Source of the DNA: an uncultured Sulfurovum sp.
GTDB taxonomy: Bacteria > Campylobacterota > Campylobacteria > Campylobacterales > Sulfurovaceae
Assembly: GCA_964571975.1 (NCBI GenBank)
Contig: CAZNEJ010000001.1
Coordinates: 29,639-80,778 of the forward strand
Direction: 5' to 3'
Length of the DNA stretch: 51,140 nucleotides
In this document: positions 17,793 through 28,724 of the stretch, piece by piece
Position numbering within the stretch: the stretch's first letter is position 1
Layout of the letters: every line of letters begins with the position of its first letter
Position numbers and translations under genes: made by a program
Notes under the pieces: generated by a model
Database searches by the model: none
Seen by the model: the letters and a program-made list of their open reading frames with translations, nothing else
Told to the model about the DNA's origin: nothing

Positions 17793-18710
17793 TTGAAAAC
17801 ACCCCATATACCTGTACTTTTAGATGAAGTATTGAATAGCTTTTCTCAGGTGCCTGAAGGTTACTTTATAGACTGCACACTAGGGTACGCAGGACATAGT
17901 ATCGAGATGTTAGCTAAGTTTTCACATTTGAAACATATAGGTATAGATCGTGATGATGAGGCGTTGGCATTTTCTAAAACTAGACTGCTGTCTTATGAAA
18001 AACGAAGTACGCTTCACAAGGGAACTTTTGCAAGCGTGTTGCCTACTATAACAGAAGCACCCATTACTGCACTTTTGGCAGATTTTGGTGTGTCTTCTTT
18101 GCAGTTAGACAAGAAAGAACGTGGGTTTTCATTTACATCTGATACCTTAGATATGCGTATGGACAGCACAGCTTCTTTGTCTGCTTATGAAGTAGTCAAT
18201 GGGTATAGCCAAGACAAATTGGAATATATTTTTGATACCTATGGAGAAGTGAGAAGTTACCGTAGGCTAGCAGGTGCAGTGGTGGAAGCTAGGGCTAAAT
18301 CACCCATAGAAAGTGCTAAAGAACTAAGTGAGATAGCGAAGTCTGTCATACCCTCTGGAGGGAAGATACATCCTGCAACACTTATGTTTCAAGGTATACG
18401 CATAGAGGTAAACAACGAACTAGGAGAGATAGAAGGATTATTGGATGCCATAGAAGCTAGGCACTATGCAGGCGAAGTTGTGTCGCTTATCACATTTCAT
18501 TCACTCGAAGATAGGCTTGTAAAAAACAGATTTAAAAAATGGTCGCTATCATGTATATGTGATCCACAGGGGATGCGTTGTAGCTGTAGTAAAAACCATG
18601 CGTTAGGAAAGGTCTTGTCACGTAAACCCATGACTGCCTCCAAGGAAGAGTTAAAAGTAAACCCACGAAGTAGGTCCGCAAAATTAAGATCTTTTAGGTT
18701 CTCATTATGA
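17793..18710 (+). CDS. rsmH: 16S rRNA m4C1402 methyltransferase
   Basis: HIPVLLDE, DCTLGYAGHS, DFGVSSLQLD, FQGIRIEVNNEL, ITFHSLEDR, NPRSRSAKLR. Confidence 0.97.
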   Translation: MKTPHIPVLLDEVLNSFSQVPEGYFIDCTLGYAGHSIEMLAKFSHLKHIGIDRDDEALAFSKTRLLSYEKRSTLHKGTFASVLPTITEAPITALLADFGVSSLQLDKKERGFSFTSDTLDMRMDSTASLSAYEVVNGYSQDKLEYIFDTYGEVRSYRRLAGAVVEARAKSPIESAKELSEIAKSVIPSGGKIHPATLMFQGIRIEVNNELGEIEGLLDAIEARHYAGEVVSLITFHSLEDRLVKNRFKKWSLSCICDPQGMRCSCSKNHALGKVLSRKPMTASKEELKVNPRSRSAKLRSFRFSL

Positions 18711-18970
18711 ATAAAAGAAAAGCCCCCAATGGTATCACTTTTGGTATGGTATCTGTTATATTGATGTCTGTGAGCATTGTACTCATTCTTACTATGATTA
18801 AAATATACCTAAGTAACCAGATATATAATGAGAGTAAGATAGTGAACAGTATGAAGCGAGAAGTCTCAGCACTAAAAGCAGAAAAAGTGATGCTAGAGCA
18901 AAGCGTAGAAGCACTCAAATACAAAATCAACGTTACGGATACTATTTTTGTCATCAACGATGGAGCATAA
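18707..18970 (+). CDS. Small bitopic coiled-coil protein, candidate cell-division protein FtsL
   Basis: Short basic N-terminus, one TM helix, heptad-rich C-terminus; follows rsmH as ftsL does. Confidence 0.55.
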   Translation: MNKRKAPNGITFGMVSVILMSVSIVLILTMIKIYLSNQIYNESKIVNSMKREVSALKAEKVMLEQSVEALKYKINVTDTIFVINDGA

Positions 18971-18973
18971 AAA

Positions 18974-21900
18974 ATGATGCATAGTTTTATTCGTTTTGCT
19001 GTAGATAAAGCGATTATAAACCATATTTTAATGGTGTTTATGCTTTTGCTTTCTGTTTTTGCTTATCAAAATATAGCCAAAGAGATATTTCCTTCTTCAA
19101 GATTAGACATGATATCGGTAAGTGGTGCATATGCAGGTGCATCTGCTGATGTGCTAGATAAAATGTTGGTAAATAGCATAGAAGATGAACTCAAAAGTCT
19201 TGCGTCTATAGATACTATATATACTAGCATACAAAATGGATTTTTCTCTCTTCATGCAGATATAAAACAAGGCAATGACGCTCAGCTTGTTCTCTCAGAT
19301 GTGAAGGACATCATCTCCAATACAAAGCGAGATTTGCCTTCAGATATGGATGAGCCACTTGCTAAAATATCTGTACATCAGTACCCGCTTTTACTCGTAG
19401 CGATTTCTGGTGATGTGGGAAAAGAACTACTTATAGAAGCAGCAGAAGACATCAAAGGCAAACTAGCACAAATTCATGACATATCAGACATAGATATACG
19501 TGGTGACACAGATGTAGAAGTACTCATAAAGTTAGAGCAAAAAAAACTAGATGCGTATGGACTAGATAAAGCTTCTGTATATAAGGCTATATCGAACATG
19601 TCTTCTATATTTCCAGCAGGTACTTTGGAGGGCAAGGGCGACCATCTTTATGTTTCTACTATATCTGGTGAAAAAAGTGCTGAGGCTATTGCTTCTACAT
19701 TTTTGCATGTAGGTTCTAAACATTTTCGCTTAGGGGATGTGGCTAAAGTGGAGTATGGCTTAGGTGTACCCACTCAAATTTCACATTTCAATGGTAAAGA
19801 AAATATCTCTCTAAATATCAATAAAAGTAAATATGGAAATGCTATTGCCTTGAGTAAACAAATACGAGAAGTATTGAAAATATACAATGAAAAGTATGAC
19901 AAAATCACATTTGTAGCCTACACCGATACTTCTATCTGGATAAAGAACCGTTTGAACCTTGTCTCTTCAAACATACTTTTTGGGCTTATTCTTGTTTTTA
20001 TCGCCTTGTTGTTGTCGGTGAATGTTCGTATTGCTTTGGTAGTAGGCATTGGTATACCTGCTAGTTTTATGATAGCACTCATTTTTATGAATATCATAGG
20101 TTACAGCCTCAATATGCTTACACTACTAGGCGCGCTTATAGCCCTTGGAATGTTGGTTGATGAAGCCATAGTAGTAGCTGAGAATATATATAGGCATATG
20201 GAAATGGGAAAAACACCAAGGGATGCCGCTATAGATGGTGCTTTGGAGATGTTTCCTGCGGTTTTGACTGCTACACTTACAACTGTATTTGCCTTTTTAC
20301 CATTGCTCATCATGTCTGGGAAGATGGGAATGTTTATGCAGGTCTTACCTGTTATGATTACAGTGCTTTTACTTTCTTCCTTGTTTGAGGCATTTTATTT
20401 CCTTCCTTTGCATGCAAAAGAGCTTTTTGGTATAGGTAAGGTAAAAAGCGTAGAAGAATCAGAAGGATTTTGGAAATCGTGGATAGGGTGGTATAGAGGT
20501 TTTTTACATAAGCTTTTAATGAAAAAATGGCTCTCTCTTATCATCATGATGCTTGTCATTATTGCTGCAAGCATTGGTATCATAAAGATGACAAAGTTTC
20601 AGCTTTTCCCAGAGTTTGATGCCCAGCAGGTATACATGAACGGGAAGGTAAATATAAATAATAGCCTAATAGATACACAAAAGTATGTCACAGCTATAGA
20701 AGAAGCGTTGCTAAAAGTTCTTAAAAAAGAAGAGGTAGACTCTGTGACATCAGTCATAGGATTTAAGTTCAATAAAGACCAAAGTTTTGAACTTGGAGAA
20801 AATCTTTTTCAAATCTTCATCAATCTACACGAGAAAGCTCCTGAAAACTTTTTTGATACGTATATAAACCCTATTTTTTCTTTGGAATACGATGGTAGCA
20901 ATATGATAAGAGATAGACTCTCACAAGATATAGCCAAAGAGATACAAGAGGGTGTAGTAAAAGAGTTTAAAACACGAGCGATAGATGGCAAAAAAATATT
21001 TGAAGAATTTAATGTCTATGTACAGCAAGCAGGTGTGGTAGGCAATGACATCGAGATAGGCTTTACAGGCAGAAACAGTGAAGAAATTATCACGGCTATG
21101 AAAAAGATACAAGAACGCTTAGCGAAGATAGAAGGCGTATCTGATATAGCAAATAATGCTAACGAGGGGGAGAGGGAACTTAAGATTAGAGTCAACGAAT
21201 ATGGACAACAACTAGGCTTTTCTGAAAGTTACATTATCTCTGTGCTTAGAGGTTTATTTCTCAAAGCAGAATACGGAAAAATGTTCAATGAAAAAGGTCT
21301 AATACGTGTCAAAATAGAAGATATAAACAGAAATGACTCTTCTTTGTTGGCTTCTTTTAGGCTGACAACACCAGATGGTGAACGTATGGTTAAACTAGGT
21401 GACGTGAGTGACTTTAGCTATAAAAAATCCTTTGTTAAGATTTTCAAGGAAGATGGTTCTAAAGTACGTTCACTATTTGCCAAGGTAAGCAAAAAAGTTA
21501 TCACTCCAGCAGAGGTAATGGAGGAGATAAAACCATATCTTGATGAGGTAAAAGGCTCTGGTATCACAGTTATCATCAAAGGTGAAGAAAAAGAAAACAT
21601 GAAAATCAAAAAAGAGATGATGCAAGCAGCACTCATAGCGATGTTCCTCATATTTATATCTTTGGTATGGATGTTTAACTCTTTGATTTTACCATTGATT
21701 ATACTATCTACTATACCATTGTCAGTATTTGGTGCATTGCTAGGTACCAAGCTTATGGGTATCAACATGACGATGCCAGGACTCATGGGAGTCATAGGTC
21801 TTGCAGGTGTAGTGGTCAATGATGGGCTTATTATGCTTGATTTTGTTAAAGGGTCCAGAAACTATGAGGAGATGGTAGAAAAAGCAGGAATGAGGTTGCG

Positions 21901-22093
21901 TCCTATATTGCTAACCTCGGTGACTACTATACTTGGACTGTCTTCATTGATGTTTTTTGCTTCAGGACAAGCACTTATTTTGCAACCTATGGCAATAAGT
22001 CTTGGTTTTGGTATAGCGTGGGCTACTGTGTTAAATCTCTACTATGTGCCTTTGATGTATGGGGTAATCTATAGAGTAAAGCAAAAAGATTAA
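18974..22093 (+). CDS. RND efflux transporter permease (AcrB/AcrD/AcrF family)
   Basis: 1039 aa with two TM bundles; ALGMLVDEAIVVAENI, GVVVNDG, RLRPILLTS. Confidence 0.93.
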   Translation: MMHSFIRFAVDKAIINHILMVFMLLLSVFAYQNIAKEIFPSSRLDMISVSGAYAGASADVLDKMLVNSIEDELKSLASIDTIYTSIQNGFFSLHADIKQGNDAQLVLSDVKDIISNTKRDLPSDMDEPLAKISVHQYPLLLVAISGDVGKELLIEAAEDIKGKLAQIHDISDIDIRGDTDVEVLIKLEQKKLDAYGLDKASVYKAISNMSSIFPAGTLEGKGDHLYVSTISGEKSAEAIASTFLHVGSKHFRLGDVAKVEYGLGVPTQISHFNGKENISLNINKSKYGNAIALSKQIREVLKIYNEKYDKITFVAYTDTSIWIKNRLNLVSSNILFGLILVFIALLLSVNVRIALVVGIGIPASFMIALIFMNIIGYSLNMLTLLGALIALGMLVDEAIVVAENIYRHMEMGKTPRDAAIDGALEMFPAVLTATLTTVFAFLPLLIMSGKMGMFMQVLPVMITVLLLSSLFEAFYFLPLHAKELFGIGKVKSVEESEGFWKSWIGWYRGFLHKLLMKKWLSLIIMMLVIIAASIGIIKMTKFQLFPEFDAQQVYMNGKVNINNSLIDTQKYVTAIEEALLKVLKKEEVDSVTSVIGFKFNKDQSFELGENLFQIFINLHEKAPENFFDTYINPIFSLEYDGSNMIRDRLSQDIAKEIQEGVVKEFKTRAIDGKKIFEEFNVYVQQAGVVGNDIEIGFTGRNSEEIITAMKKIQERLAKIEGVSDIANNANEGERELKIRVNEYGQQLGFSESYIISVLRGLFLKAEYGKMFNEKGLIRVKIEDINRNDSSLLASFRLTTPDGERMVKLGDVSDFSYKKSFVKIFKEDGSKVRSLFAKVSKKVITPAEVMEEIKPYLDEVKGSGITVIIKGEEKENMKIKKEMMQAALIAMFLIFISLVWMFNSLILPLIILSTIPLSVFGALLGTKLMGINMTMPGLMGVIGLAGVVVNDGLIMLDFVKGSRNYEEMVEKAGMRLRPILLTSVTTILGLSSLMFFASGQALILQPMAISLGFGIAWATVLNLYYVPLMYGVIYRVKQKD

Positions 22094-22141
22094 CCTAATT
22101 TTGGCTATAATAATTGACTTTAAAAATAGGGCAAGATAACG

Positions 22142-23038
22142 ATGCTAAGTGCAGTTGAGAGAAAGATAGAACAATTTGTATCAGACTTAGAAGACAAAGA
22201 GGTAACAACACTCTATGCAAAGCTTCCTCATGGCAAAAGATTGCGTGCTAAACTCATCTTGAAAATAGCAGGTAGTTCTTTAGCAGCTGTGAAAACAGCG
22301 GCCATCGTAGAGATGATACACGCTGCATCCTTGCTTCATGATGACGTGATAGACGATGCAGATATGCGACGCTCAAGACCCTCACTCAATGCACTGTATG
22401 GAAATAAAACAGCCATTATGTTAGGGGATATACTTTACTCAAAAGGCTTTTTGGAGTTAAACAACATAGATAAAGAGGTAGCCACTATAATCTCTAATGC
22501 CGTTGTGCAACTTAGTCTTGGGGAATTGAAAGATGTTTCACTTTCTAAAACATTTAACCAAGACAAAGAGATTTACCTTGAGATGATATACCAAAAAACA
22601 GCCTCTCTCATGGAAGCCTCTGCCGCTGCTGCTGCAGTACTAGTAGGCAAAGACAAAAATGCCTACATGACATACGGACGTAATCTAGGTATAGCTTTTC
22701 AAATGATAGATGACTTGTTGGACATCACTATGGATGCAGAGACATTGGGAAAGCCTGCCTTGCATGACTTTGCAGAAGGAAAGACTACTTTACCGTATAT
22801 TTATCTGTACGAAGCACTAGGCATTGATGACGCAGACAGATTGAAATCTTTGCACAAAAAAAGACTAACAGTAGATGAACAAAAATGGATAAAAGACAAG
22901 ATGAAAGCTGCAGGGGTTATAGAGAAATCTTATTTGGAAGCTAAGATACTCATAGAAGAAGCCATTGCCTTGATGGATAGCAAAGGTGAAGATGCCTTAA
23001 GCAGTATTGCTATGGCGATGATAGAGAGAGATTTTTAA
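22142..23038 (+). CDS. ispB: Polyprenyl (octaprenyl) diphosphate synthase
   Basis: GKRLR, ASLLHDDVID..RR, KTA, FQMIDDLLD, GKTTLP. Confidence 0.92.
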   Translation: MLSAVERKIEQFVSDLEDKEVTTLYAKLPHGKRLRAKLILKIAGSSLAAVKTAAIVEMIHAASLLHDDVIDDADMRRSRPSLNALYGNKTAIMLGDILYSKGFLELNNIDKEVATIISNAVVQLSLGELKDVSLSKTFNQDKEIYLEMIYQKTASLMEASAAAAAVLVGKDKNAYMTYGRNLGIAFQMIDDLLDITMDAETLGKPALHDFAEGKTTLPYIYLYEALGIDDADRLKSLHKKRLTVDEQKWIKDKMKAAGVIEKSYLEAKILIEEAIALMDSKGEDALSSIAMAMIERDF

Positions 23039-24345
23039 TGTATTATCAAGTAGTGAGTTTTACGTATAAAAATTGCAACCAAAGCATGCGTGAAAAGCTT
23101 GCATTTATTGATGATGAAGAAAAAGTAGAACTACTCAATCAGCTAACGGCCTTTGCATTTATACACGAAGCATTCATTGTTTCTACTTGTAACCGCGTGG
23201 AGATAGTATTGGCTACGCGTGACAACTTTTCATCCTATCATGCTATCTTGGGACTCATGTCAAAAAAGTCCAATCTTAATTTCTATGAACTTAAAACTAC
23301 AGCAGAACGTTATGATGATGAAGAAGCGGTACGGCACATCTTTTCTGTAGTATCTTCTTTAGACTCTTTGGTCATAGGTGAGTCACAAATAACTGGACAA
23401 GTCAAAGACGCGTTTATGCTTTCTCATCGCAACAAAACAGCAGGACGCAAGCTTAACCGTGTCATCTCTTATGCGGTGAAGTGTGCAGCTGAAGTAAGAA
23501 ATGCAACGAACATCTCACAAAACCCTGTTTCTATTGCTTCCGTGGCTGTGGTGCAGGCACATACACTTTTGGGCGATGACATGCTAGGAATGACGGGTGT
23601 AGTTGTGGGTGCAGGAGAGATGGCAGTGCTTTCTGCTAAGCATCTTTTACGTGCAGGTTGTGATGTGGTTATGCTTGGGCGTGATTTGGAAAAAGTAAGG
23701 CTGGTTACAGATGCTTTGGGCGAAAATGCAAAAGCAGATACGGTAGATAACTTAAGTAAGTATATAAACCGATATAGACTTCTTTTTTCGGCTACATCAT
23801 CCAAAGAACTTCTCATTACAAAAGCACTTATAGAAAACGAATCAGTCAATAGGCTTTGGTTTGATATGGCAATCCCTCGTGACGTGGAAGATATGGGCAT
23901 GGAAAAGTTACGTCTTTTTCGTATAGATGACTTACGTGCCATCTCACAGAATAACCATGCACTAAGAGAAGAACAAGCTGTGCTAGCATCTGAGATAGTA
24001 GATAAGTATAAAGATGAGTTCTATGCTTGGCTTAGGGCCTTATCTATAGAGCCTGTTATTAAACAAATGAGAGAAAATGTTTCTGCGTCCATAGATGCAG
24101 AGATGAAAAGGGCTATAAAGAAAGGCTTTGTTCCTCATGATGCTGAAGAAAGCATGCGTAAAATGGCAGAACAAATGTTTAACCGTTTCTTGCATGAACC
24201 AACTCAAAACTTGAGACACTCCTCTACAAGCAAAGAAAATGCAAACTGTATCGAAGCCATCAAGAAAATGTTTAGCATAGATACAGATAGTGTAGATTTG
24301 AAACAATATAAAACAGACCATCATAGCAAAGGATACCAGGCGTGA
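23038..24345 (+). CDS. hemA: Glutamyl-tRNA reductase
   Basis: [36 protein letters not shown]. Confidence 0.96.
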   Translation: MYYQVVSFTYKNCNQSMREKLAFIDDEEKVELLNQLTAFAFIHEAFIVSTCNRVEIVLATRDNFSSYHAILGLMSKKSNLNFYELKTTAERYDDEEAVRHIFSVVSSLDSLVIGESQITGQVKDAFMLSHRNKTAGRKLNRVISYAVKCAAEVRNATNISQNPVSIASVAVVQAHTLLGDDMLGMTGVVVGAGEMAVLSAKHLLRAGCDVVMLGRDLEKVRLVTDALGENAKADTVDNLSKYINRYRLLFSATSSKELLITKALIENESVNRLWFDMAIPRDVEDMGMEKLRLFRIDDLRAISQNNHALREEQAVLASEIVDKYKDEFYAWLRALSIEPVIKQMRENVSASIDAEMKRAIKKGFVPHDAEESMRKMAEQMFNRFLHEPTQNLRHSSTSKENANCIEAIKKMFSIDTDSVDLKQYKTDHHSKGYQA

Positions 24346-25595
24346 GATTTTCAAGATTATTACTTCCAACTAGCAAAGAGACACCCAATGATGCTACATT
24401 AGCAAGCCACATCTACCTCATACGTGCAGGACTCATACAGTCTGTAGGTGGGTCAGGGCTTTACAACTTTTTGCCACTAGGTAAAAAGATACTCGACAAG
24501 GTACGCAGGGTCGTAAAAGAAGAGTTAGATAAGGTAGGCTGTCAAGAAACGAGTTTGTCTTTCGTGACACCTGTGACGCTATGGGAAGAGTCAGGACGTG
24601 CAGACGAGTACGGCAAAGAACTTTTACGCTTTAAAGACCGTAAGGACAACGACTATTTGCTAAGCCCAACCAATGAAGAAGCCATGGTAAACCTAGTGCG
24701 TCAAACTGTAAAATCTTACAAGCAACTGCCTCTAAATCTATACCAAATCAATCTGAAGTTTAGAGATGAGATACGTCCGCGTTATGGACTTATGCGTGGA
24801 CGTGAATTTTTGATGAAAGATGGCTATAGTTTTCATGCTACTAGGGAAGATATGCAAAGAGAATTTACCCTGATGGAGGAGACCTACAAGAAGATATTTA
24901 CCCGCTTAGGACTTGATTTTAGGGTTGTGCTTGCGGACTCTGGGCAGATAGGTGGAGATGCTTCAAAAGAGTTTATGATACTAGCAGACTCTGGAGAAGA
25001 TGACATCATCGTTTGTGATACTTGTGACTATGCAGCCAACATAGAAGTAGCAGCGGATGCCAAAACGGGAGATATATGTACTTGTGGTGCATCACTTCGT
25101 CTTACTAAAGGGATAGAAGCGGGACATATATTTCAGCTGGGTACTAAGTATTCGGAGGCATTAAAAGCAACATTTTTAAATCAAGAAGGTAAAGCACAAG
25201 CGTATGAAATGGGGACATACGGTATAGGTGTGAGTCGTTTACTTGCAGGCATCATAGAACAAAACCATGATGATAAAGGATGCATATGGACAAAAGAATC
25301 TGCACCCTTTGATGTACAAATCATCATGTCAAACATTAAAGATGAAGAGCAAGTAGCTCTTGGCGAGAAGCTTTACGAAGAGTTGAAAGCCAAAGGGCTA
25401 GATGTTCTCTTAGATGACAGAAAAGAGCGTTTTGGACCCAAGATAAAAGACTATGAGCTTTTAGGTGTACCCTATGCTGTGGTCATCGGTAAAAAGCTTG
25501 CAGAGGGATTGGTGGAGCTTGTGACTAGACGAGGGATGGACAAAGAAGAAGTTAGGGTAGATATGATTTTAGATGCTATCATGCAAAAGGTATAG
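24342..25595 (+). CDS. proS: Proline--tRNA ligase (short form lacking the INS editing domain)
   Basis: [55 protein letters not shown], and an anticodon-binding domain. Confidence 0.96.
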   Translation: MRFSRLLLPTSKETPNDATLASHIYLIRAGLIQSVGGSGLYNFLPLGKKILDKVRRVVKEELDKVGCQETSLSFVTPVTLWEESGRADEYGKELLRFKDRKDNDYLLSPTNEEAMVNLVRQTVKSYKQLPLNLYQINLKFRDEIRPRYGLMRGREFLMKDGYSFHATREDMQREFTLMEETYKKIFTRLGLDFRVVLADSGQIGGDASKEFMILADSGEDDIIVCDTCDYAANIEVAADAKTGDICTCGASLRLTKGIEAGHIFQLGTKYSEALKATFLNQEGKAQAYEMGTYGIGVSRLLAGIIEQNHDDKGCIWTKESAPFDVQIIMSNIKDEEQVALGEKLYEELKAKGLDVLLDDRKERFGPKIKDYELLGVPYAVVIGKKLAEGLVELVTRRGMDKEEVRVDMILDAIMQKV

Positions 25596-25598
25596 ATT

Positions 25599-26012
25599 TT
25601 GATAATGTTCATGATTCCATTTTTACTTTTAGAACTGTTTTTTTCTCTCAAGATGGGAGAAAACATAGGGTTTATATGGTCAGTTCTATGGATAGTAGCG
25701 AGTATACTGTTGGGACTCGGACTCTTGCAGTTTTCATCTTCAAATATGGCAGGAAACCTAAACGATGTTAAATCTGGAAAATTGAGTATGAAAAACTTCC
25801 AAAATTCAGCAACTGCTTATTTTCTAGCAGCTGTTTTGCTACTCATTCCTGGTGTTTTGAGTGATTTTTTAGGACTTATTGCATTAACTTATACTTTCTA
25901 TTTACAATTTGTTGCTAAACTAATACCTGAACCAACAAATAGCAACTTTAAACATACAACTTCAAACAAAAAAGGAGATGACAATGTCATTGATGTCGAA
26001 ATTATTAGTTAG
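25599..26012 (+). CDS. fxsA: FxsA-family membrane protein
   Basis: FLLLEL N-terminus, LLLIPGVLSD.LG, C-terminal VIDVE. Confidence 0.82.
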   Translation: MIMFMIPFLLLELFFSLKMGENIGFIWSVLWIVASILLGLGLLQFSSSNMAGNLNDVKSGKLSMKNFQNSATAYFLAAVLLLIPGVLSDFLGLIALTYTFYLQFVAKLIPEPTNSNFKHTTSNKKGDDNVIDVEIIS

Positions 26013-26817
26013 TACAATCGTAGCCACCGTAACACTTAGTGCTGGTACACAACCAGACAATAAACTACTTGTTAAATATGTTAAAAAATCAGTAGTAAAA
26101 AATCCTAAAGTAAAAGTAAATGGGGTAACGGTCATTGAGTCTACAACGCATAAAAATTTGCCAGGCTGGAATATCTTACTAACCACTATGGATTTGACAT
26201 ATCAAGGAAAAGAGATACATTCTCCTGAGACTATGTTTGTAAAAGATGGTCTTATCACGGGAAACCTTGTGAACTTAAAAACAGGAAATGACTACAGAGA
26301 CAGTATCAAGCCTAGCGTGCCAAGTTCATTATATGATGATGCACATCGTCTTTTTGGCAATAAAGATGCAAAGCACAAAGTACTTGTTTTTTCTGATCCA
26401 CAATGTCCATTTTGTATGAAGATAGTACCATCTATTTTCAAGGCTGCAGAAGAAAACCCTACAAAAATGGCAGTCTATTATTATCATCTGCCATTATTGC
26501 GTATTCACCCTGTATCAGATGTGATTACGCGAGTAATGCATGTGGCACAGCATGAGGGTAAAGCTGATGTAGTTAAAAAACTTTATTCACTAAAAATTAA
26601 CCCAAAAGAAACAGATGTAGGCAAAATACTAGCGGCTATACATGCCCATACAGGATATTCTGTATCTGCAGAAAAGATAAATTCAGCAAAAGTCAAAAAA
26701 GCAATAAAAGCTGATGTTGCTGCTTCTGGAAAACTGATGGTATCAGGCACACCTACTATATTTATAGATGGCAAGTGGGATAAAATGCGTGATGGGTACA
26801 AGCAACTTATAAAATAA
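25984..26817 (+). CDS. Periplasmic DsbA/DsbC-like thioredoxin-fold oxidoreductase
   Basis: Signal peptide, FSDPQCPFC active site, cis-Pro loop VSGTPT. Start placed at ATG 25984 after AAGGAG. Confidence 0.85.
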   Translation: MSLMSKLLVSTIVATVTLSAGTQPDNKLLVKYVKKSVVKNPKVKVNGVTVIESTTHKNLPGWNILLTTMDLTYQGKEIHSPETMFVKDGLITGNLVNLKTGNDYRDSIKPSVPSSLYDDAHRLFGNKDAKHKVLVFSDPQCPFCMKIVPSIFKAAEENPTKMAVYYYHLPLLRIHPVSDVITRVMHVAQHEGKADVVKKLYSLKINPKETDVGKILAAIHAHTGYSVSAEKINSAKVKKAIKADVAASGKLMVSGTPTIFIDGKWDKMRDGYKQLIK

Positions 26818-26834
26818 GTTTTGAAAATTATAAA

Positions 26835-27800
26835 TTGGGTCAAGCATTGGAAAAATTAATTATAGCAACACGTGCAAGCAATCTTGCACTTTGGCAGGCA
26901 TATCACATCAAAGAACGCATAGAGACTTCGTTTCCTCATATAAGAGTAGAACTCAATAAAATCACCTCAAAAGGTGACAAGATACTCGATAAACCTTTGG
27001 CCCTTATAGGGGGCAAAGGACACTTTACTAAAGAACTTGAAGATGAGATGTTAGCAGGCAATGCACATTTGGCTGTGCATTCACTCAAAGACGTACCAAC
27101 ATACATCCCCGAAGGTTTAGAGCTTTGTGCCATCACTACACGCCAAGACCAAAGTGATGTGCTACTTTCACATCAATATAAAAGTTTAGAAGCACTTCCA
27201 AAAGGTGCTAGCGTTGGCACTACAAGCTTACGTAGACGCATGCAACTACTAGAATGCCGTCCAGACCTCAAAGTTAAAGAACTTAGGGGCAATGTAAATA
27301 CAAGACTAAGAAAGTTAAAAGAAGGGCAGTATGATGCGATTATACTTGCGTACATAGGACTACACAGGCTTGATTTACTAAAAGACATACCCTTTGTAGA
27401 GAGGTTAGACTTCTTCATACCTCCTATGGGGCAAGCAGCCTTGGGTATAGAGATAGTCTCTTCAGACGATAGAGTACGCAAGATAGCCATGACTCTAAAT
27501 GATGAAGTATCATTTACTTGCACAAAGTTAGAGCGTGACTTCGTTTCAGCCATAGGTGCAGGATGTTCTGCTCCTGTAGCAGTCAACGCTATTATAACTG
27601 GTAAAAATATCACAGTAAAAGCTATGCTAGGCTACCCAGATGGTACAAACATCATGCATAAAGAGCTTACAGCCAAAGTGAGTGAGTGCATTGGGCTAGG
27701 TGCTATCTTAGCAAAAGACATGATAGCCGATGGAGCACTAGACATACTTTCTAAAGCAGAAGAGATAGCCTTTAAGGACGAGATGCCTCAGAGGCTATAA
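26835..27800 (+). CDS. hemC: Hydroxymethylbilane synthase (porphobilinogen deaminase)
   Basis: IATRAS.LALWQA, GGKGHFTKELE, AVHSLKDVP, GTTSLRR, LRGNVNTRL, GCSAP. Confidence 0.96.
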   Translation: MGQALEKLIIATRASNLALWQAYHIKERIETSFPHIRVELNKITSKGDKILDKPLALIGGKGHFTKELEDEMLAGNAHLAVHSLKDVPTYIPEGLELCAITTRQDQSDVLLSHQYKSLEALPKGASVGTTSLRRRMQLLECRPDLKVKELRGNVNTRLRKLKEGQYDAIILAYIGLHRLDLLKDIPFVERLDFFIPPMGQAALGIEIVSSDDRVRKIAMTLNDEVSFTCTKLERDFVSAIGAGCSAPVAVNAIITGKNITVKAMLGYPDGTNIMHKELTAKVSECIGLGAILAKDMIADGALDILSKAEEIAFKDEMPQRL

Positions 27801-27872
27801 TCTTTCCTCGTAAAAACATAGGCAGTGATACAAAATATATTGTATTCTTAAAAATATGTTTTCAGATACTAT

Positions 27873-28292
27873 CTAATTTTGAACTTTCCACATCATATTC
27901 TTCCAGTCTCTATCAAATTTACTAAAGATATAGTCTTCACCATGAGGCACAGTGCAACCTGTACAGTCTTGGTGTACTTCTTCTTCTTCTCTTATAGAGC
28001 GTTTGCCACGCTTGGAGTTGATAGCACAGACAGAGTGAAACTCTAGGTCATCTTGCATGACTGGTGACTGGTAGAACCTAAAGTGTGGACATCCACACAT
28101 GTAGCAGTTGAGTTCATACATTTCATGGCATTTAGTATTTGTGGCGTAGAGCGAACAAAAGTCAGGTTCTTTTTCTACCATGTTCTCAAAGATGAAGTAC
28201 TGGACAACATCAAATTCATCAAGTCCTTCAAGTTTTTTCATAATGACTGCATGCTTTTTAGCATGTTCTTCATACCAATCATTGTATGTCAT
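27873..28292 (-). CDS. Cysteine-rich putative metal-binding protein (cysteine-rich small domain-like)
   Basis: C..Y...KCH...NCYMCGCP...C...DCTGCTVPH; AAGGA RBS. Confidence 0.65.
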   Translation of the reverse strand: MTYNDWYEEHAKKHAVIMKKLEGLDEFDVVQYFIFENMVEKEPDFCSLYATNTKCHEMYELNCYMCGCPHFRFYQSPVMQDDLEFHSVCAINSKRGKRSIREEEEVHQDCTGCTVPHGEDYIFSKFDRDWKNMMWKVQN

Positions 28293-28319
28293 CTCAATCC
28301 TTGTGTAAATTTAATGTAA

Positions 28320-28595
28320 CTATTCATCGTCTTCAAATTCAGATAAATCAAACTCTAATTCTACAGGTTCTTCTACTACTTCCTTTATATCGGAGATACT
28401 TTCTCTTGATATATCTATGGACATAGCTACAAATGAAGCTAAATCATCATCATCTATGATTTCTTGGCATGTTTTAGAGGTATTGTATACAGTGAGTACA
28501 CCATCTCTTATGAGTACATCATTGGTACTAACTCCGATTTCTTCTGCTATGTTGTGCATATCAGGTCGAGTGAGATGTACGCCATTGATTTTCAT
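28320..28595 (-). CDS. Acidic hypothetical protein (about 91 aa)
   Basis: ATG at 28595 after AAGG; D/E-rich C-terminus; co-oriented with its neighbours. Confidence 0.7.
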   Translation of the reverse strand: MKINGVHLTRPDMHNIAEEIGVSTNDVLIRDGVLTVYNTSKTCQEIIDDDDLASFVAMSIDISRESISDIKEVVEEPVELEFDLSEFEDDE

Positions 28596-28724
28596 CGAGA
28601 AACCTTTTCTTAAGGGTAATCCGAACATTTTAATTCCTATTTGTAGTATAGACCGATTATAGCCAAATAGTTTAGCAAGATGACTTGTTGGTGCAAAGCA
28701 GTATAAAACCCTAAATACAAGTTC

